A stretch of 64,000 bases of DNA from Planctomycetota bacterium (GCA_046290465.1 JBKAGP010000001.1:4288001-4352000), one strand, 5' to 3'. Shown: positions 10,082 to 19,788, counted from the stretch's first letter. Notes: generated by a model not told the origin, from the letters alone. A program made the numbers and translations.

Positions 10082-11299
10082 GTGAACGCCATCCTCCGCA
10101 GGCCCTCGATCGCTGTCGCCTCCTGCGTCGTCCTCGTGCTCGGCGTGTTCGCCTGGCGGGGCGACCTCGGCCTCGGCGGCAAGCCGGGGAGCGCGCGCGC
10201 CAGTCGTTCGGCCGCCCGCGACGAAGGCCCCGTCGTCGTCCGTCGCCACGCCGACACCCGTCTGCCGCGCGCCGAACGCCGCGGTCGCGTGTTCGACAGC
10301 ATGGGCTTCCTGCTGGTCGGCGCCGAGGTCGTGCCCGCCGACGGCAACTCGCAGAAGACCGACGCCGACGGCGCGTTCTCGATCGATCTCGTCGAGCAGC
10401 GGACCAGCGACCTGCTGGTGCGAGCGGATGGTCGCCGCGCCGAATGGCTGCGCACCTCCGCGGTCGGCCCCGACCCGCTGATCGTGCGGCTCGAGCCGTC
10501 GGCGCCGTGGGACGCGACGCCGCAGGCGCCGCTCGCCGCGCCGCGGCTGCGGGGCGAAGGACAGGTCGTCGGCCCGGACGGCGAACCGCTGCAGAATGCG
10601 TTCGTCAACGTGCTCGGCACCCACTGCTGGGGCCGCACCGACGACATCGGCCGATTCGAGCTGCCGCTGCCGTCCCGCACCGCGACGTTCGTCGTGCACG
10701 CGCCGTCGGCCGAGGACAACGCCGGCGGCCTCGCGGTGCGCACCGAGCCGTTCGTCGCGCCGCGTGCGCGCGGCATCGTGCCGCTGCCGCGCATGGTCGC
10801 GGAGCCGGCCGGATCGATCCGCGGCACCGTGCGCGACCCGCGCGGTGCTCCGGTGGCCGGCCTGCCGGTCGAGGTGCGCGGCGCCGATGGCGTGCGCCGC
10901 GTCGCGACCGGGCCGGGCGGCGTGTTCGTGCTCGGCGGGCTGCTGCCGGCGGAGTACGAGGTCGAGCCGTTTGCCTACCGCGGCGCCGTCGGTGCCGCCT
11001 GCAAGGTCCGCGTCGACCGCAAGGTCGTGCCGTGTGACGTGCAGCTGCAGGGTGTCGAGGAGGCGCGCCTGCGCGTCATCGACGACCGCGGCATGGTCGC
11101 AGCCGGCGTCTGGGTCGCCTCGAGCATCAACGGCGTGCGGCGCGGCGTCGGCCAGGCCGATGTCGGCGGCCGCGTCAGCCTGCCGGTCGCGCCGGCGACC
11201 GAGTTCGAGGTGCGCACCGCCGACAGCTACACGGCGTGCACGGTGCAGCGCTTCGATGCCAGTGCCGAGCCGGCGACGCTGGTGATCAGCCAACCATAG
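10082..11299 (+). CDS. Membrane-anchored carboxypeptidase-regulatory-like (Cna-B-type) repeat protein
   Basis: N-terminal TM; repeated G.V....G.P..GA.V and TD..G.F strands. Confidence 0.7.
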   Translation: MNAILRRPSIAVASCVVLVLGVFAWRGDLGLGGKPGSARASRSAARDEGPVVVRRHADTRLPRAERRGRVFDSMGFLLVGAEVVPADGNSQKTDADGAFSIDLVEQRTSDLLVRADGRRAEWLRTSAVGPDPLIVRLEPSAPWDATPQAPLAAPRLRGEGQVVGPDGEPLQNAFVNVLGTHCWGRTDDIGRFELPLPSRTATFVVHAPSAEDNAGGLAVRTEPFVAPRARGIVPLPRMVAEPAGSIRGTVRDPRGAPVAGLPVEVRGADGVRRVATGPGGVFVLGGLLPAEYEVEPFAYRGAVGAACKVRVDRKVVPCDVQLQGVEEARLRVIDDRGMVAAGVWVASSINGVRRGVGQADVGGRVSLPVAPATEFEVRTADSYTACTVQRFDASAEPATLVISQP

Positions 11300-11349
11300 A
11301 GTGAACGGGTCGCTTGCCTGGAGGTCTGCGGGACCAACAGGCAAGGTGA

Positions 11350-12417
11350 TCAGTTGGTCAGCATGACGCCGGCGTTGCTCAGCGTGAATCCGACCGGGGT
11401 CGCGGCCAGCGCCGCACCCTGGCAGACGACCAGGAAGCCCGGCGCGTTCGGCGGCACGGCAAACGTGTCGCTCGCCTGGCCGGTGGCGTTGGTCGTCCAC
11501 AGGTTGCCGGGCACGATGGCGTTGGCCGGCAGGTAGACGTTGCACGACGGCGGGAACACCGGGGTGCCGAGGCCGGCCGGGCCGTAGTCGATCGCGAGCG
11601 CGTAGAAGGTCGCGCCGATCGACGAGGCCGGCGCCAGCACGTAGTCGAGGTTGACGGTCGTGCCGCTGCTGGCCGGGCCCGTCAGGCCGAGCGCCATCGT
11701 CTGGTTGTTGACCGTGCAGCCGATGCCGTATTCGCCGACCTGGCCGGGCGTCAGGTAGGCCACGTCCAGCGTGACGCCGCCGTTGCTGCTCTCGCGCGAT
11801 TCGAAGCGCTTCGAGGTGCCCGGCCCGAGCGTCTCGTCGCTCTTGATCAGCCAGCCGAAGTTGCTGGGCGGGTTGTCGAGCCAGGTCTGCAGGTCGTCGA
11901 TCAGGCCCTGCTGGAAGCCGCTGCCGCTCAGGCCGGCGCCCTGGATCGGCATCGTGAAGCTCGGGTTGGGGTCGAAGTCGCCGCCGACGTTGGTCCAGAG
12001 CACCGACGGGTAGGAGCGGTGCAGCCAGGTCGCGTCGCCGGCCAGCGCGGTGGTGCCGCCGCCGCCGTTGCCCGGCGCGACCGAGGCGCCCTCGGTCCAG
12101 TCGGCAAGCGCGCGGTGCCAGGTCGTGTCGAGCGGCGTGGTCGTCGACGACAGCGTCGTGTTGGTCGTGATCGTCGCGCTCAGGATGCGCGAGCCGGCCG
12201 GGATCGAGCTGAGGTCGAAGTGCAGCAGCGTGCGACGGATCTTCGGTTGCCCGGTGATGCCGACGAACAGGCCGGTGCCGGCGCCGTTGGCGGTCTGGCC
12301 GGTCGGGTCCTCGTAGAGCGCTGCGTCGCGGTCTGCGGTCAGCGTGACGACCGTCTGTGCCGACAGGGAGGTGGTGACGGCCGCGAGCGCGGCCACGAGG
12401 GTGCGTTTCTTCTTCAT
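11350..12417 (-). CDS. Secreted DNRLRE-like domain protein with shared C-terminal domain
   Basis: Signal ending LSA-Q; RRTLLHFDL, W...GGDF, NFGWLIK, FESRE; ends LSNAGVMLTN. Confidence 0.75.
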   Translation of the reverse strand: MKKKRTLVAALAAVTTSLSAQTVVTLTADRDAALYEDPTGQTANGAGTGLFVGITGQPKIRRTLLHFDLSSIPAGSRILSATITTNTTLSSTTTPLDTTWHRALADWTEGASVAPGNGGGGTTALAGDATWLHRSYPSVLWTNVGGDFDPNPSFTMPIQGAGLSGSGFQQGLIDDLQTWLDNPPSNFGWLIKSDETLGPGTSKRFESRESSNGGVTLDVAYLTPGQVGEYGIGCTVNNQTMALGLTGPASSGTTVNLDYVLAPASSIGATFYALAIDYGPAGLGTPVFPPSCNVYLPANAIVPGNLWTTNATGQASDTFAVPPNAPGFLVVCQGAALAATPVGFTLSNAGVMLTN

Positions 12418-12467
12418 GTCGGCGAACGGGCGGGCCGCGGCCCGCCTCGGAGGGGCGTTGGGCTCGT

Positions 12468-13535
12468 TTAGTTGGTCAGCATCACGCCGGCGTTGCTCAG
12501 CGAGAAGCCGAGCGGCGTGCTGTCGAGCACGGCTGCCTGCACGACGATCAGGAATCCGGGGAAGCCGGCGGGCACGGTGAAGACGTCGGCGCCCGAGCCG
12601 CCCGACGTGACGAAGGCCGTCGCGCCCGGCAGGATCTGGCCGGTGAGCGGCAGGTAGACGAGGCTGTTGGGCAGCAGCGCCGAGCCGACCGGGTCGAGGT
12701 CGAGCGAGAAGAAGTTCGCGCCGACGCTCGGGGACGGGGCGTTGTTGTAGGTGATCGGCAGGGTCGCGCCGCCGCTGGCGGTGCCGGTCACGTCGAGCTG
12801 GAACGGCGAGCCGTTGACCAGCCAGCCGGTGCCGTAGGTGCCGGTGTCGCCCGGGGCCAGGTAGCTGATCGTCAGGCGCGGCGGGTTGGCGCCGAACTCG
12901 CGCGAGTAGAAGCGACGCGCGGTGGACGGCACCAGCTCGTCGGTCTTCATCAGCCAGCCGAAGTTGCTGCCCGGGTTGTCGAGCCAGTCCTGCACGTCGG
13001 CGACCATGCCGGCGTCGACGGTGGCGGTCGTCGGACCGATCGCAGCCAGGTCGAACGTGAAGCTCGGCGTCGCGACGAAGTCGCCGCCCGGCGTGGTCCA
13101 GTTGGCGTTGGGGAAGTCGGTGTGCAGCCACGTGGTCTCGCCCGCGGCCGAGGTGCCGCCGGCACCGCCGGCACCCGGCGCGACGACCGAGCCTTCGCTC
13201 CAGTCCTGCGTCACGCGGTGCAGGTCGGCCGGGATCGGCAGGAACGCGACCGACTGCGCGACGAACGCGTCGAACTGCACCGACAGGATGCGCGAGCCGG
13301 CGGGGATCTGGCCGGCGATGTCGAAGTGCATCAGCGCGCGGCGCTTGCCGAAGCCGCCGTTGAAGCCGACGACGCCGCAGAACAGCGAGTCGCCGCCACC
13401 GTTGGCCAGCGCACCCGCCGCGTCTTCGTAGAGCGTGGTGTCCTTGTCGGTGGGGATCGTGACCGTCGTCTGCGCCTGGAGAGAAGCGCCGACCGCGAGT
13501 GCGGCGAGGGAAAGCTTGGCGAGGGTGGAGTTCAT
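12468..13535 (-). CDS. Secreted DNRLRE-like domain protein with shared C-terminal domain (tandem paralog)
   Basis: Signal ending LQA-Q; RRALMHFDI, NFGWLMK, FYSRE; ends LSNAGVMLTN. Confidence 0.75.
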   Translation of the reverse strand: MNSTLAKLSLAALAVGASLQAQTTVTIPTDKDTTLYEDAAGALANGGGDSLFCGVVGFNGGFGKRRALMHFDIAGQIPAGSRILSVQFDAFVAQSVAFLPIPADLHRVTQDWSEGSVVAPGAGGAGGTSAAGETTWLHTDFPNANWTTPGGDFVATPSFTFDLAAIGPTTATVDAGMVADVQDWLDNPGSNFGWLMKTDELVPSTARRFYSREFGANPPRLTISYLAPGDTGTYGTGWLVNGSPFQLDVTGTASGGATLPITYNNAPSPSVGANFFSLDLDPVGSALLPNSLVYLPLTGQILPGATAFVTSGGSGADVFTVPAGFPGFLIVVQAAVLDSTPLGFSLSNAGVMLTN

Positions 13536-13646
13536 ATGCAGTTGCTTCGCAGCTGGTGGAGTTGCGAGGCGGAGAAGGATAGCGGATCGCGGCCGCGCCG
13601 ACCGGGCGCGCGCGATCTTCATCCCGAGGTTGGAAACGGGTGGGGG

Positions 13647-15320
13647 TTACTTCTTCTTGCCGACGATGAACACGTCACCGTTGCCGATGTCCGCAAGTGC
13701 CGACAGCAGCGCTTCGTTGGCTTCGCCGAGGCCGACGCAGTGGACCCGGATACGGCGGAAAGCGTTCATCCGCTTTACGTCGCGCAGTAGCCAGCAGTCG
13801 AGCTGGCTCGCGCGCGCGCGGCCGCCGGACACGGTCGGCACGACCGCGTAGGGGCCGTGGTAGTTGAGTCGCGGCGTGCGGTTGGTCTCGACGCCGGCCT
13901 CGAGGTCCTTCATCACGCGACCTTCGCCGTAGTCGACGTCGTTGACGTCGAACCCGTCCCAGTTGGGGATGCCGTCGGACAGCAGGAAGATCGTGTCACA
14001 GCCCTCGGTGAGCGCCTTCGCACCGACATAGGTCGGCTCGTCGTCGAGGCCCTTCTTGTTGAGCGCGTAGGCGACGCTGAGGCCGAAGTGCAGGCTGGTC
14101 TCGCCGCGCAGGCGATCGCGACCGTCCTTGAACTCGGCCTGGATCGCGTCGAGCTCGGCCATGGCCTTCTTGATGTTGCCCTTGGACGCCTTGACCATGC
14201 CCCGGGTCGACTCGAGCGTGCCGGCGTCGGTGCCGAACCAGACGATCGAGAAGTACTTGTCCTTGCCCAGGCGCGACAGCGAGATGCGCAGCTGCTCGCG
14301 CGCCAGGTCCCAGCGGGTGCGGATCTGGTGCCACGGCAGGTCGCTCTCGTCGAGCACCATGCTCTTCTTCTTCTTGGCCTGCTTCGGGCCGGTGATCGGG
14401 CCCTTGGGGCGCGCGCTCGGCGCGATCTCCCGCAGCATCGAGTCCGACATGTCGAGCACGTAGCAGAACCGTTCGCCCTCGGTCTCGATGCCGAAGAAGC
14501 GCGGCTTGGCCGACGTGCCGTAGTCCTTCGGCTTCTTGACGTCGCCGCGGTCGAGCAGCTCCAGCCACGGCTCGGGGTCGGTGAACTTGGCCGGGCCGTT
14601 GAGGATCTCCTGCAGGTGGCGCGCCATCTGCACCTTGGCCAGCTCGGACAGCTTGACCCGCTTGTCGAGCAGCCCGATGTAGGCGCGCAGCGCCTCGCGG
14701 TAGTCGTCGTCGTTGACGCGGCCCTTGTTGTGCCAGAGCGCGCCCGTCATCGCGCCGACCAGCAACATGCGGTCGCCGTCCTTGCGCGGGAAGTCGATGC
14801 AGTTGCTGACGATCGCGCGCTTGAGTTCGCCGCGGCTCGACTTGCCGAGCGCGGTGATCGCGGCGGCGCGCTGGTGCACCTTCTTGGCGGTCTGCGCGAT
14901 CTCGATCGCCTTGGCGTCGCCCGTCTCGTCGATCTCGTTGCGCAGCGTGTGGACCCAAAGCCACGTGTCGATCGGCTTGCCGTGCTTCTTGCGCATCTCC
15001 TCGAACCTCGGGAACCACTGCTCGTCCTTGAAGTGCCGACCCAGCAGGTGCGCGATCGTGTAGCGGGTGTGCTCGGGGTAGCTCTTGGCGCTGGCGTAGT
15101 CCTTCTCGAGCTGGGTGAGCGCGGCCGCGTCGCGCGTCTCGGCGAGCTTCTCGCGCCCTTCGAGCTGGTAGAAGAACGACAGTCGGTCGATGCACTCCTG
15201 GTAGCGGGCCAGCGCTTCGGCATAGCCGGGGGTGTCCTGGGCGGACACGGGCGCGGCCACGGCGAGCGCGACCAGCAGGGCGAACGACGGCACGGAAGGC
15301 TTGCGGGGACGGAGCATCAT
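13647..15320 (-). CDS. Secreted helical-repeat + VWA domain protein
   Basis: Signal VSA-Q; PRFFGI, VLDMSDSM (MIDAS DxSxS), TIFLLSDG, VHCVGLG. Confidence 0.8.
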   Translation of the reverse strand: MMLRPRKPSVPSFALLVALAVAAPVSAQDTPGYAEALARYQECIDRLSFFYQLEGREKLAETRDAAALTQLEKDYASAKSYPEHTRYTIAHLLGRHFKDEQWFPRFEEMRKKHGKPIDTWLWVHTLRNEIDETGDAKAIEIAQTAKKVHQRAAAITALGKSSRGELKRAIVSNCIDFPRKDGDRMLLVGAMTGALWHNKGRVNDDDYREALRAYIGLLDKRVKLSELAKVQMARHLQEILNGPAKFTDPEPWLELLDRGDVKKPKDYGTSAKPRFFGIETEGERFCYVLDMSDSMLREIAPSARPKGPITGPKQAKKKKSMVLDESDLPWHQIRTRWDLAREQLRISLSRLGKDKYFSIVWFGTDAGTLESTRGMVKASKGNIKKAMAELDAIQAEFKDGRDRLRGETSLHFGLSVAYALNKKGLDDEPTYVGAKALTEGCDTIFLLSDGIPNWDGFDVNDVDYGEGRVMKDLEAGVETNRTPRLNYHGPYAVVPTVSGGRARASQLDCWLLRDVKRMNAFRRIRVHCVGLGEANEALLSALADIGNGDVFIVGKKK

Positions 15321-15404
15321 GGCCGGAGGGTGGGGCGACGACGGGCAGACGGTCGCCAGGGTACGGAGGTCCGACGCCGATGAATAGTCCGGTTCGGCGC
15401 CGGG

Positions 15405-16493
15405 TTACCTATCGGGTTTCCGGTGCCGGAATCGTGCGGCGTAGCGCAGGATCGGCCGTTCGACGAGCCAGTAGGACGCGGTCGCGACGGCGAAGGTCAG
15501 CGCGATCGCGAGGGCCACGGTCGCCGGCCCGGCCGCGGGCAGCAGCAGCGCGTGGTAGATCGGCAGGTGGTACAGGTAGAGCCCGTAGCTGATCCTCCCG
15601 ATGGCGCGCAGCGGCGCGAGCGACAGCGCGCGGTCCGGCGACAACCACAGCTGCCGCGGCGCGATGCACCACATCAGCACGCCGGTGCACAGGATCGCCG
15701 AGTGCGCGCGCACGAACGCCGGTGCGAGCTGCACTGGCCACCAGGTGACGCCGAGCCAGAACACCGGCAGCAGCAGGAACCAGATGTGCGGGTGCAGCAG
15801 CAGGCCGATCGCGGTGGTCGCGACGCCACGGTTGCGCATGCGCGTCGGCGGTGCGGTCAGGCGCGGCTCCGCGTAGGCGACCAGCGAACCTGCCGCCAGG
15901 GTCAGGAAGCGGAACGGCGACAGGCGGTTGACCGCCAGTTCGGCGGTCTTGGCGTCGCAGGTGTAGCCGACCACGACGGCGCCGATCACCGCGGCGGGGA
16001 TCAGCAGCCAGGTGAGCACGCGCGGGCCGAGCCTGGGTGGTCCCCACGCGACGACGAGCGGCCACAGCAGGTAGAAGTGCTCTTCGACGCACAGCGACCA
16101 GGTGTGGCCGAGCGGGTTGGGCGTGCTCGGCCTGGCGAACACGTCGGCGAAGTTGCCGAGGTAGGCGGCGCACCACGCGATCTCGCCGGCCGGCCGCTGG
16201 AACGCCATCACCGCGAGCAGCAGGTAGTAGATCGGGAAGATGCGCAGCAGGCGGCGCAGCAGGAACCAGCGCACCGGCTGGCCGGCCTGCCGTTCGGCGA
16301 TCAGGATGCGCGTGATCAAGAAGCCGCTCAGCGCGAAGAACAGGTCGACGCCGAAGTCGCCCGGCCGGATCCAGAAGCGCGCTTCGGCGAGCCAGAGCGG
16401 GTAGCCGGGAGTCGTCAGCGGCACGTGCACCCACAGCACCAGCAGCACGGCGATCGCGCGCAGTCCGTCGAGGCTGGGGATGTGGCGGGGCAT
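15405..16493 (-). CDS. Acyltransferase family 3 (OafA-like)
   Basis: LDGLRAIA, GVDLFFALSGFLIT, RR..RIFP.YY, WSLCVEEHFY, GRISYGLYLYH. Confidence 0.92.
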   Translation of the reverse strand: MPRHIPSLDGLRAIAVLLVLWVHVPLTTPGYPLWLAEARFWIRPGDFGVDLFFALSGFLITRILIAERQAGQPVRWFLLRRLLRIFPIYYLLLAVMAFQRPAGEIAWCAAYLGNFADVFARPSTPNPLGHTWSLCVEEHFYLLWPLVVAWGPPRLGPRVLTWLLIPAAVIGAVVVGYTCDAKTAELAVNRLSPFRFLTLAAGSLVAYAEPRLTAPPTRMRNRGVATTAIGLLLHPHIWFLLLPVFWLGVTWWPVQLAPAFVRAHSAILCTGVLMWCIAPRQLWLSPDRALSLAPLRAIGRISYGLYLYHLPIYHALLLPAAGPATVALAIALTFAVATASYWLVERPILRYAARFRHRKPDR

Positions 16494-16549
16494 CTGCCGA
16501 GAACCCTAGCTCCGTTCGCGTGCGATGGCGACGCGGATACGCTGCCCGC

Positions 16550-17092
16550 GTGGGCAAGACCTATCCGGAGATCACCGACGAACTCTCGGCGTGGATGCGT
16601 TCGCAGCACGTCTTCTTCGTTGCCACTGCGCCGTCGGGCGACGGTGGCCACGTCAACTGCTCGCCCAAGGGCAGCGACTCGTTCCGGGTGCTCGGCCCGA
16701 CCACCGTGGCCTACGTCGACCAGACCGGCAGCGGCGTCGAGACCATCGCGCACCTGCGCCAGAACGGCCGCATCGTGGTGATGTTCTGTGCGTTCGAGGG
16801 CGGCCCCAAGATCGTGCGCGTGCACGGCCGCGGCGAGGTCGTGCGTCCCGGCGACGACGGCTTCGCCCAACTGCTCTCACGATTCGACATGCGCGAGCTC
16901 GGCGTGCGCTCGATCATCAAGGTCGAGGCCACCCGCATCAGCGACTCCTGCGGCTACGGCGTCCCGGTCATGACCTTCGACCACGAGCGCGACACGATGG
17001 CGAAGTGGGCCGACAAGAAGGGCCCCGAAGGCGTCGCGCAGTACTGGCGCGACAAGAACGCCTCGAGCCTCGACGGGCTCCCGGGCCTCTAG
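16550..17092 (+). CDS. Pyridoxamine 5'-phosphate oxidase-family FMN-binding protein
   Basis: FFVATAP, NCSPKG, TGSGVETIAHL, MFCAFEG, SCGYGVP. Confidence 0.88.
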   Translation: MGKTYPEITDELSAWMRSQHVFFVATAPSGDGGHVNCSPKGSDSFRVLGPTTVAYVDQTGSGVETIAHLRQNGRIVVMFCAFEGGPKIVRVHGRGEVVRPGDDGFAQLLSRFDMRELGVRSIIKVEATRISDSCGYGVPVMTFDHERDTMAKWADKKGPEGVAQYWRDKNASSLDGLPGL

Positions 17093-17142
17093 GCCCGCTT
17101 GCCGTAAGTTGCCGTACGGTACGCGGTTCATCCTCCAACTTT

Positions 17143-17232
17143 CGCGACGAACCCGACCGCGACGAACTGGGCCGCGACGAACTGGACCGCGACGAACCCG
17201 ACCGCGACGAACTGGGCCGCGACGAACATCGC
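17143..17232. repeat. Six tandem 15-bp units CGCGACGAAC-N5
   Basis: Variable 5-mers CCGAC, TGGGC, TGGAC, CCGAC, TGGGC, ATCGC; lies between convergent genes. Confidence 0.92.
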
Positions 17233-17269
17233 CGCGCGGTGGCCAGCCACCCCGCGCGACCCCCTCACC

Positions 17270-18289
17270 TCACCGCCCCTTCACCTCGACCACCCAGTTC
17301 CCCGCCGCATCGTCCTCGACGAACGAGAACGTCACCGGCAGGAACCTCTCGATGATCTCGGCATTGGTGCGCGTGTGCAGGCTCGGTTCGACCGTGCGGA
17401 ACGCGCCGGCGCCGGCCATCGCCATCGGGATCAGCAGCTGGTCGGCGAGGTGTTCGCCGACCGGCACCCGCGCCGCGAGCAGCGAACGGGTCGCCCTGGC
17501 CGCGCGCTCTGCGACGTGCTCGGCGAGCACGCCACGTTCGCCCAGCTGCGCGACGACCTCGTCGACGACGCCGAGTTGCACGTGGCACAGGATCACGTTG
17601 CCGGGACCGGCCGCATCCACGTCGACGATGTCGACCTGCTCGGGACGCAGCTCGAGCCGCTTGCGCAGCACGCTGCACTCGCGGTTGCCGACGCGCGGGT
17701 GCAGGTTGCTGAGCAGGATCTGCGCGGTGACCTCGCCGGGCTCCGGCGCGTCGAGCAGTTCGATCGGCGTCCACGCGGCGGGCGCGGTGCGCGCGCGCAC
17801 TTCGCCCCCGCCGGCCGGGAAGAACCCGTGCCGATCGAGCTGCAGCTCGAGCGACGCGCCCATGCGATGCACGACCGGCGCGAACGTCTTCTTCAGGAAG
17901 TCGAACGGCGGGGCCATCGGGTTGTGCGTGCCGCCGGACAGCCGCACGGTCGAAGGACCGTCCGCCGCCCACAGCGCCGGCAGGATCGTCTGCAGCACCA
18001 GGTTGGTGCTGCCGGCGGTCCCGATCGCGAACTCGTAGTCGCCCGCGTTGCAGGTCTGCGGCGCGAACGTGATCGCCAGCGAGCCGAGCTCGGCGCCCTC
18101 CACGCGCGCGCTGCCGACCCGGGCCGCGGCGAGCACCCCGGTGAGGTGCTGCCGCTGCAGGCCGGGCTTCTTGCGGTTGCCGCGGATGGCGTCGATCGCG
18201 AAGGGCGTGCCGGTGACGAGGGACAGACCCAGCGCCGTGCGCAGGACCTGTCCGCCGCCTTCTCCATGCTTGCCGTCGATACGGATCAT
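17270..18289 (-). CDS. rtcA: RNA 3'-terminal phosphate cyclase
   Basis: GEGGGQVLRTAL, PGLQRQHL, GGTHNPMAPP, GFFPAGGG, HLADQL. Confidence 0.97.
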   Translation of the reverse strand: MIRIDGKHGEGGGQVLRTALGLSLVTGTPFAIDAIRGNRKKPGLQRQHLTGVLAAARVGSARVEGAELGSLAITFAPQTCNAGDYEFAIGTAGSTNLVLQTILPALWAADGPSTVRLSGGTHNPMAPPFDFLKKTFAPVVHRMGASLELQLDRHGFFPAGGGEVRARTAPAAWTPIELLDAPEPGEVTAQILLSNLHPRVGNRECSVLRKRLELRPEQVDIVDVDAAGPGNVILCHVQLGVVDEVVAQLGERGVLAEHVAERAARATRSLLAARVPVGEHLADQLLIPMAMAGAGAFRTVEPSLHTRTNAEIIERFLPVTFSFVEDDAAGNWVVEVKGR

Positions 18290-18293
18290 GACA

Positions 18294-19514
18294 TCACCCC
18301 TTCACGCACACGACCTGCTTGAGGGTGTGCACCACGTCGACCAGATCGCTCTGAGCCGCCATCACCGCGTCGATGTCCTTGTAGGCCATGGGCGTCTCGT
18401 CCAGGACCTTGCCATCCTTGCGGCATTCGACTCCTTCCGTCGCAGCGATGTGATCGTCGACGGTGAAGCGCCGGAACGCCTCGCCGCGCGACATCACGCG
18501 CCCCGCCCCGTGGCTGCACGAGTGGAAGCTCTCTGCGTTTCCCTTGCCTCGAACGATGTAGCTCTTCGCGCCCATCGAACCCGGGATGATGCCGAGCTCG
18601 CCGTCGCCGGCGCGCACCGCACCCTTGCGGGTCACGAACACCGACGAACCGAAGTGCTCCTCCTGCCGCACGTAGTTGTGGTGGCAGTTCACGGCGACCT
18701 CGCCGTGCGTGAACTTCGGCAGGTCGTCCCGCCGCGCCATCGCCTCGAGGATGTTCGCCATCATCAGGTCGCGGTTGGTGCGCGCGTAACGCTGCGCCCA
18801 GTCCACCGCGAACACGTAGTCGTCGAAGTGCTGCGCTCCCTCCGTGAAGTACGCCAGGTCCTTGTCCGGCAGGTTGTGGATGTGCTGCTCCATGTCCTTC
18901 TTGGCCAGGCCGATGAAGTGCATGCCGATGCGGTTGCCGACACCGCGCGAACCGCTGTGCAGCATCACCCAGACGCGCTGCGCCTCGTCGAGGCAGACCT
19001 CGACGAAGTGGTTGCCGCCGCCCAGCGTGCCGAGCTGGCTCACGGTCGCGCCGCGGTCCAGCTTGGGGTGCCGTTCGATGATGCGCTCGTAGCCCGGCCG
19101 CATGCGCTTCCAGGCGTCCTCGGTGCGCGCGGGCGGGTGGAACCACGCGCCGCGATCACCCTTGCCGCCGCGGTTGGTGCGGCCGTGCGGGACCGCGCGC
19201 TCGATGTCCGAACGCAGGCCCTTGAGGTTGTCGGGCAGGTCGCTCGCCGTCATCGACGTGCGCACCGCCATCATGCCGCAGCCGATGTCGACACCGACCG
19301 CCGCCGGGATGATCGCGCCCTTGGTCGGGATCACGCTGCCGACCGTGGCGCCGATGCCCCAGTGAACGTCCGGCATCGCGGCGACGTGGCCGTGCACGAT
19401 CGGCAGGCGGGCCACGTTCTGCAGCTGACGGATCGCGTTGTCGTCCGCGTGCACTCCGCGCACCCATGCCTTGATCGGCACGCCGCCGGTCTCGAACTGT
19501 TCGAAGGTCGTCAT
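18294..19514 (-). CDS. rtcB: RtcB RNA ligase
   Basis: MPDVH.G.GA.VG, VGVDIGCG, GTLGGGNHF.E, HSGSRG, HHN, IPGSMG, SCSHGAGR. Confidence 0.97.
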   Translation of the reverse strand: MTTFEQFETGGVPIKAWVRGVHADDNAIRQLQNVARLPIVHGHVAAMPDVHWGIGATVGSVIPTKGAIIPAAVGVDIGCGMMAVRTSMTASDLPDNLKGLRSDIERAVPHGRTNRGGKGDRGAWFHPPARTEDAWKRMRPGYERIIERHPKLDRGATVSQLGTLGGGNHFVEVCLDEAQRVWVMLHSGSRGVGNRIGMHFIGLAKKDMEQHIHNLPDKDLAYFTEGAQHFDDYVFAVDWAQRYARTNRDLMMANILEAMARRDDLPKFTHGEVAVNCHHNYVRQEEHFGSSVFVTRKGAVRAGDGELGIIPGSMGAKSYIVRGKGNAESFHSCSHGAGRVMSRGEAFRRFTVDDHIAATEGVECRKDGKVLDETPMAYKDIDAVMAAQSDLVDVVHTLKQVVCVKG

Positions 19515-19709
19515 CGTTCTTGGTCCTGATGCTGTTCTGGATCGTGACCGGTGGGCCGGTGCCCACCGGGTGCGAGGTCGGGGCCCCGCGACGCGAGCCG
19601 CCCGCAGACCCTGGTGGGATCCGCGAGCGACTCTCCGACGCGGCGTGGGCCGTGCACCGAGGGCGGCCTTGGATCGGCGACTCCGGTGCGGCGTCCGTGT
19701 GCCGCGACG
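19515..19709 (-). ncRNA. Structured 5' leader (or co-transcribed small RNA) of rtcBA
   Basis: Three hairpins on the transcribed strand: 19654-19689, a 17-bp stem at 19595-19633 with four G-U pairs, and a 9-bp stem at 19548-19569. Confidence 0.45.
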
Positions 19710-19719
19710 GAACGGCTAG

Positions 19720-19735
19720 AGCGAGCGGCGTGCCA
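19720..19735 (-). promoter_or_regulatory. sigma54 -24/-12 promoter of rtcBA
   Basis: TGGCACGCCGCTCGCT with exact GG-N10-GC spacing; rtcBA is sigma54/RtcR-dependent in E. coli. Confidence 0.8.
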
Positions 19736-19775
19736 GCGGCGTCCGGAGTCTAGCAGAATCCCGGAAGCCTCTGTA

Positions 19776-19788
19776 TAGCAATGAGTTG
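19776..19788. promoter_or_regulatory. IHF-like bending site
   Basis: TAGCAATGAGTTG, one mismatch to WATCAANNNNTTR, between the enhancer and the sigma54 site. Confidence 0.45.

Noticed and set aside
17143..17232. Possible CRISPR array
   Set aside because: The 10-bp constant part and 5-bp variable part are far too short, variable parts recur, and no cas genes are present
19515..19709. tRNA or canonical Y RNA in the rtcBA leader
   Set aside because: No GTTCRA T-loop, cloverleaf or CCA-type acceptor end found, and no Ro60/Rsr gene in the window; kept only as an unclassified structured RNA
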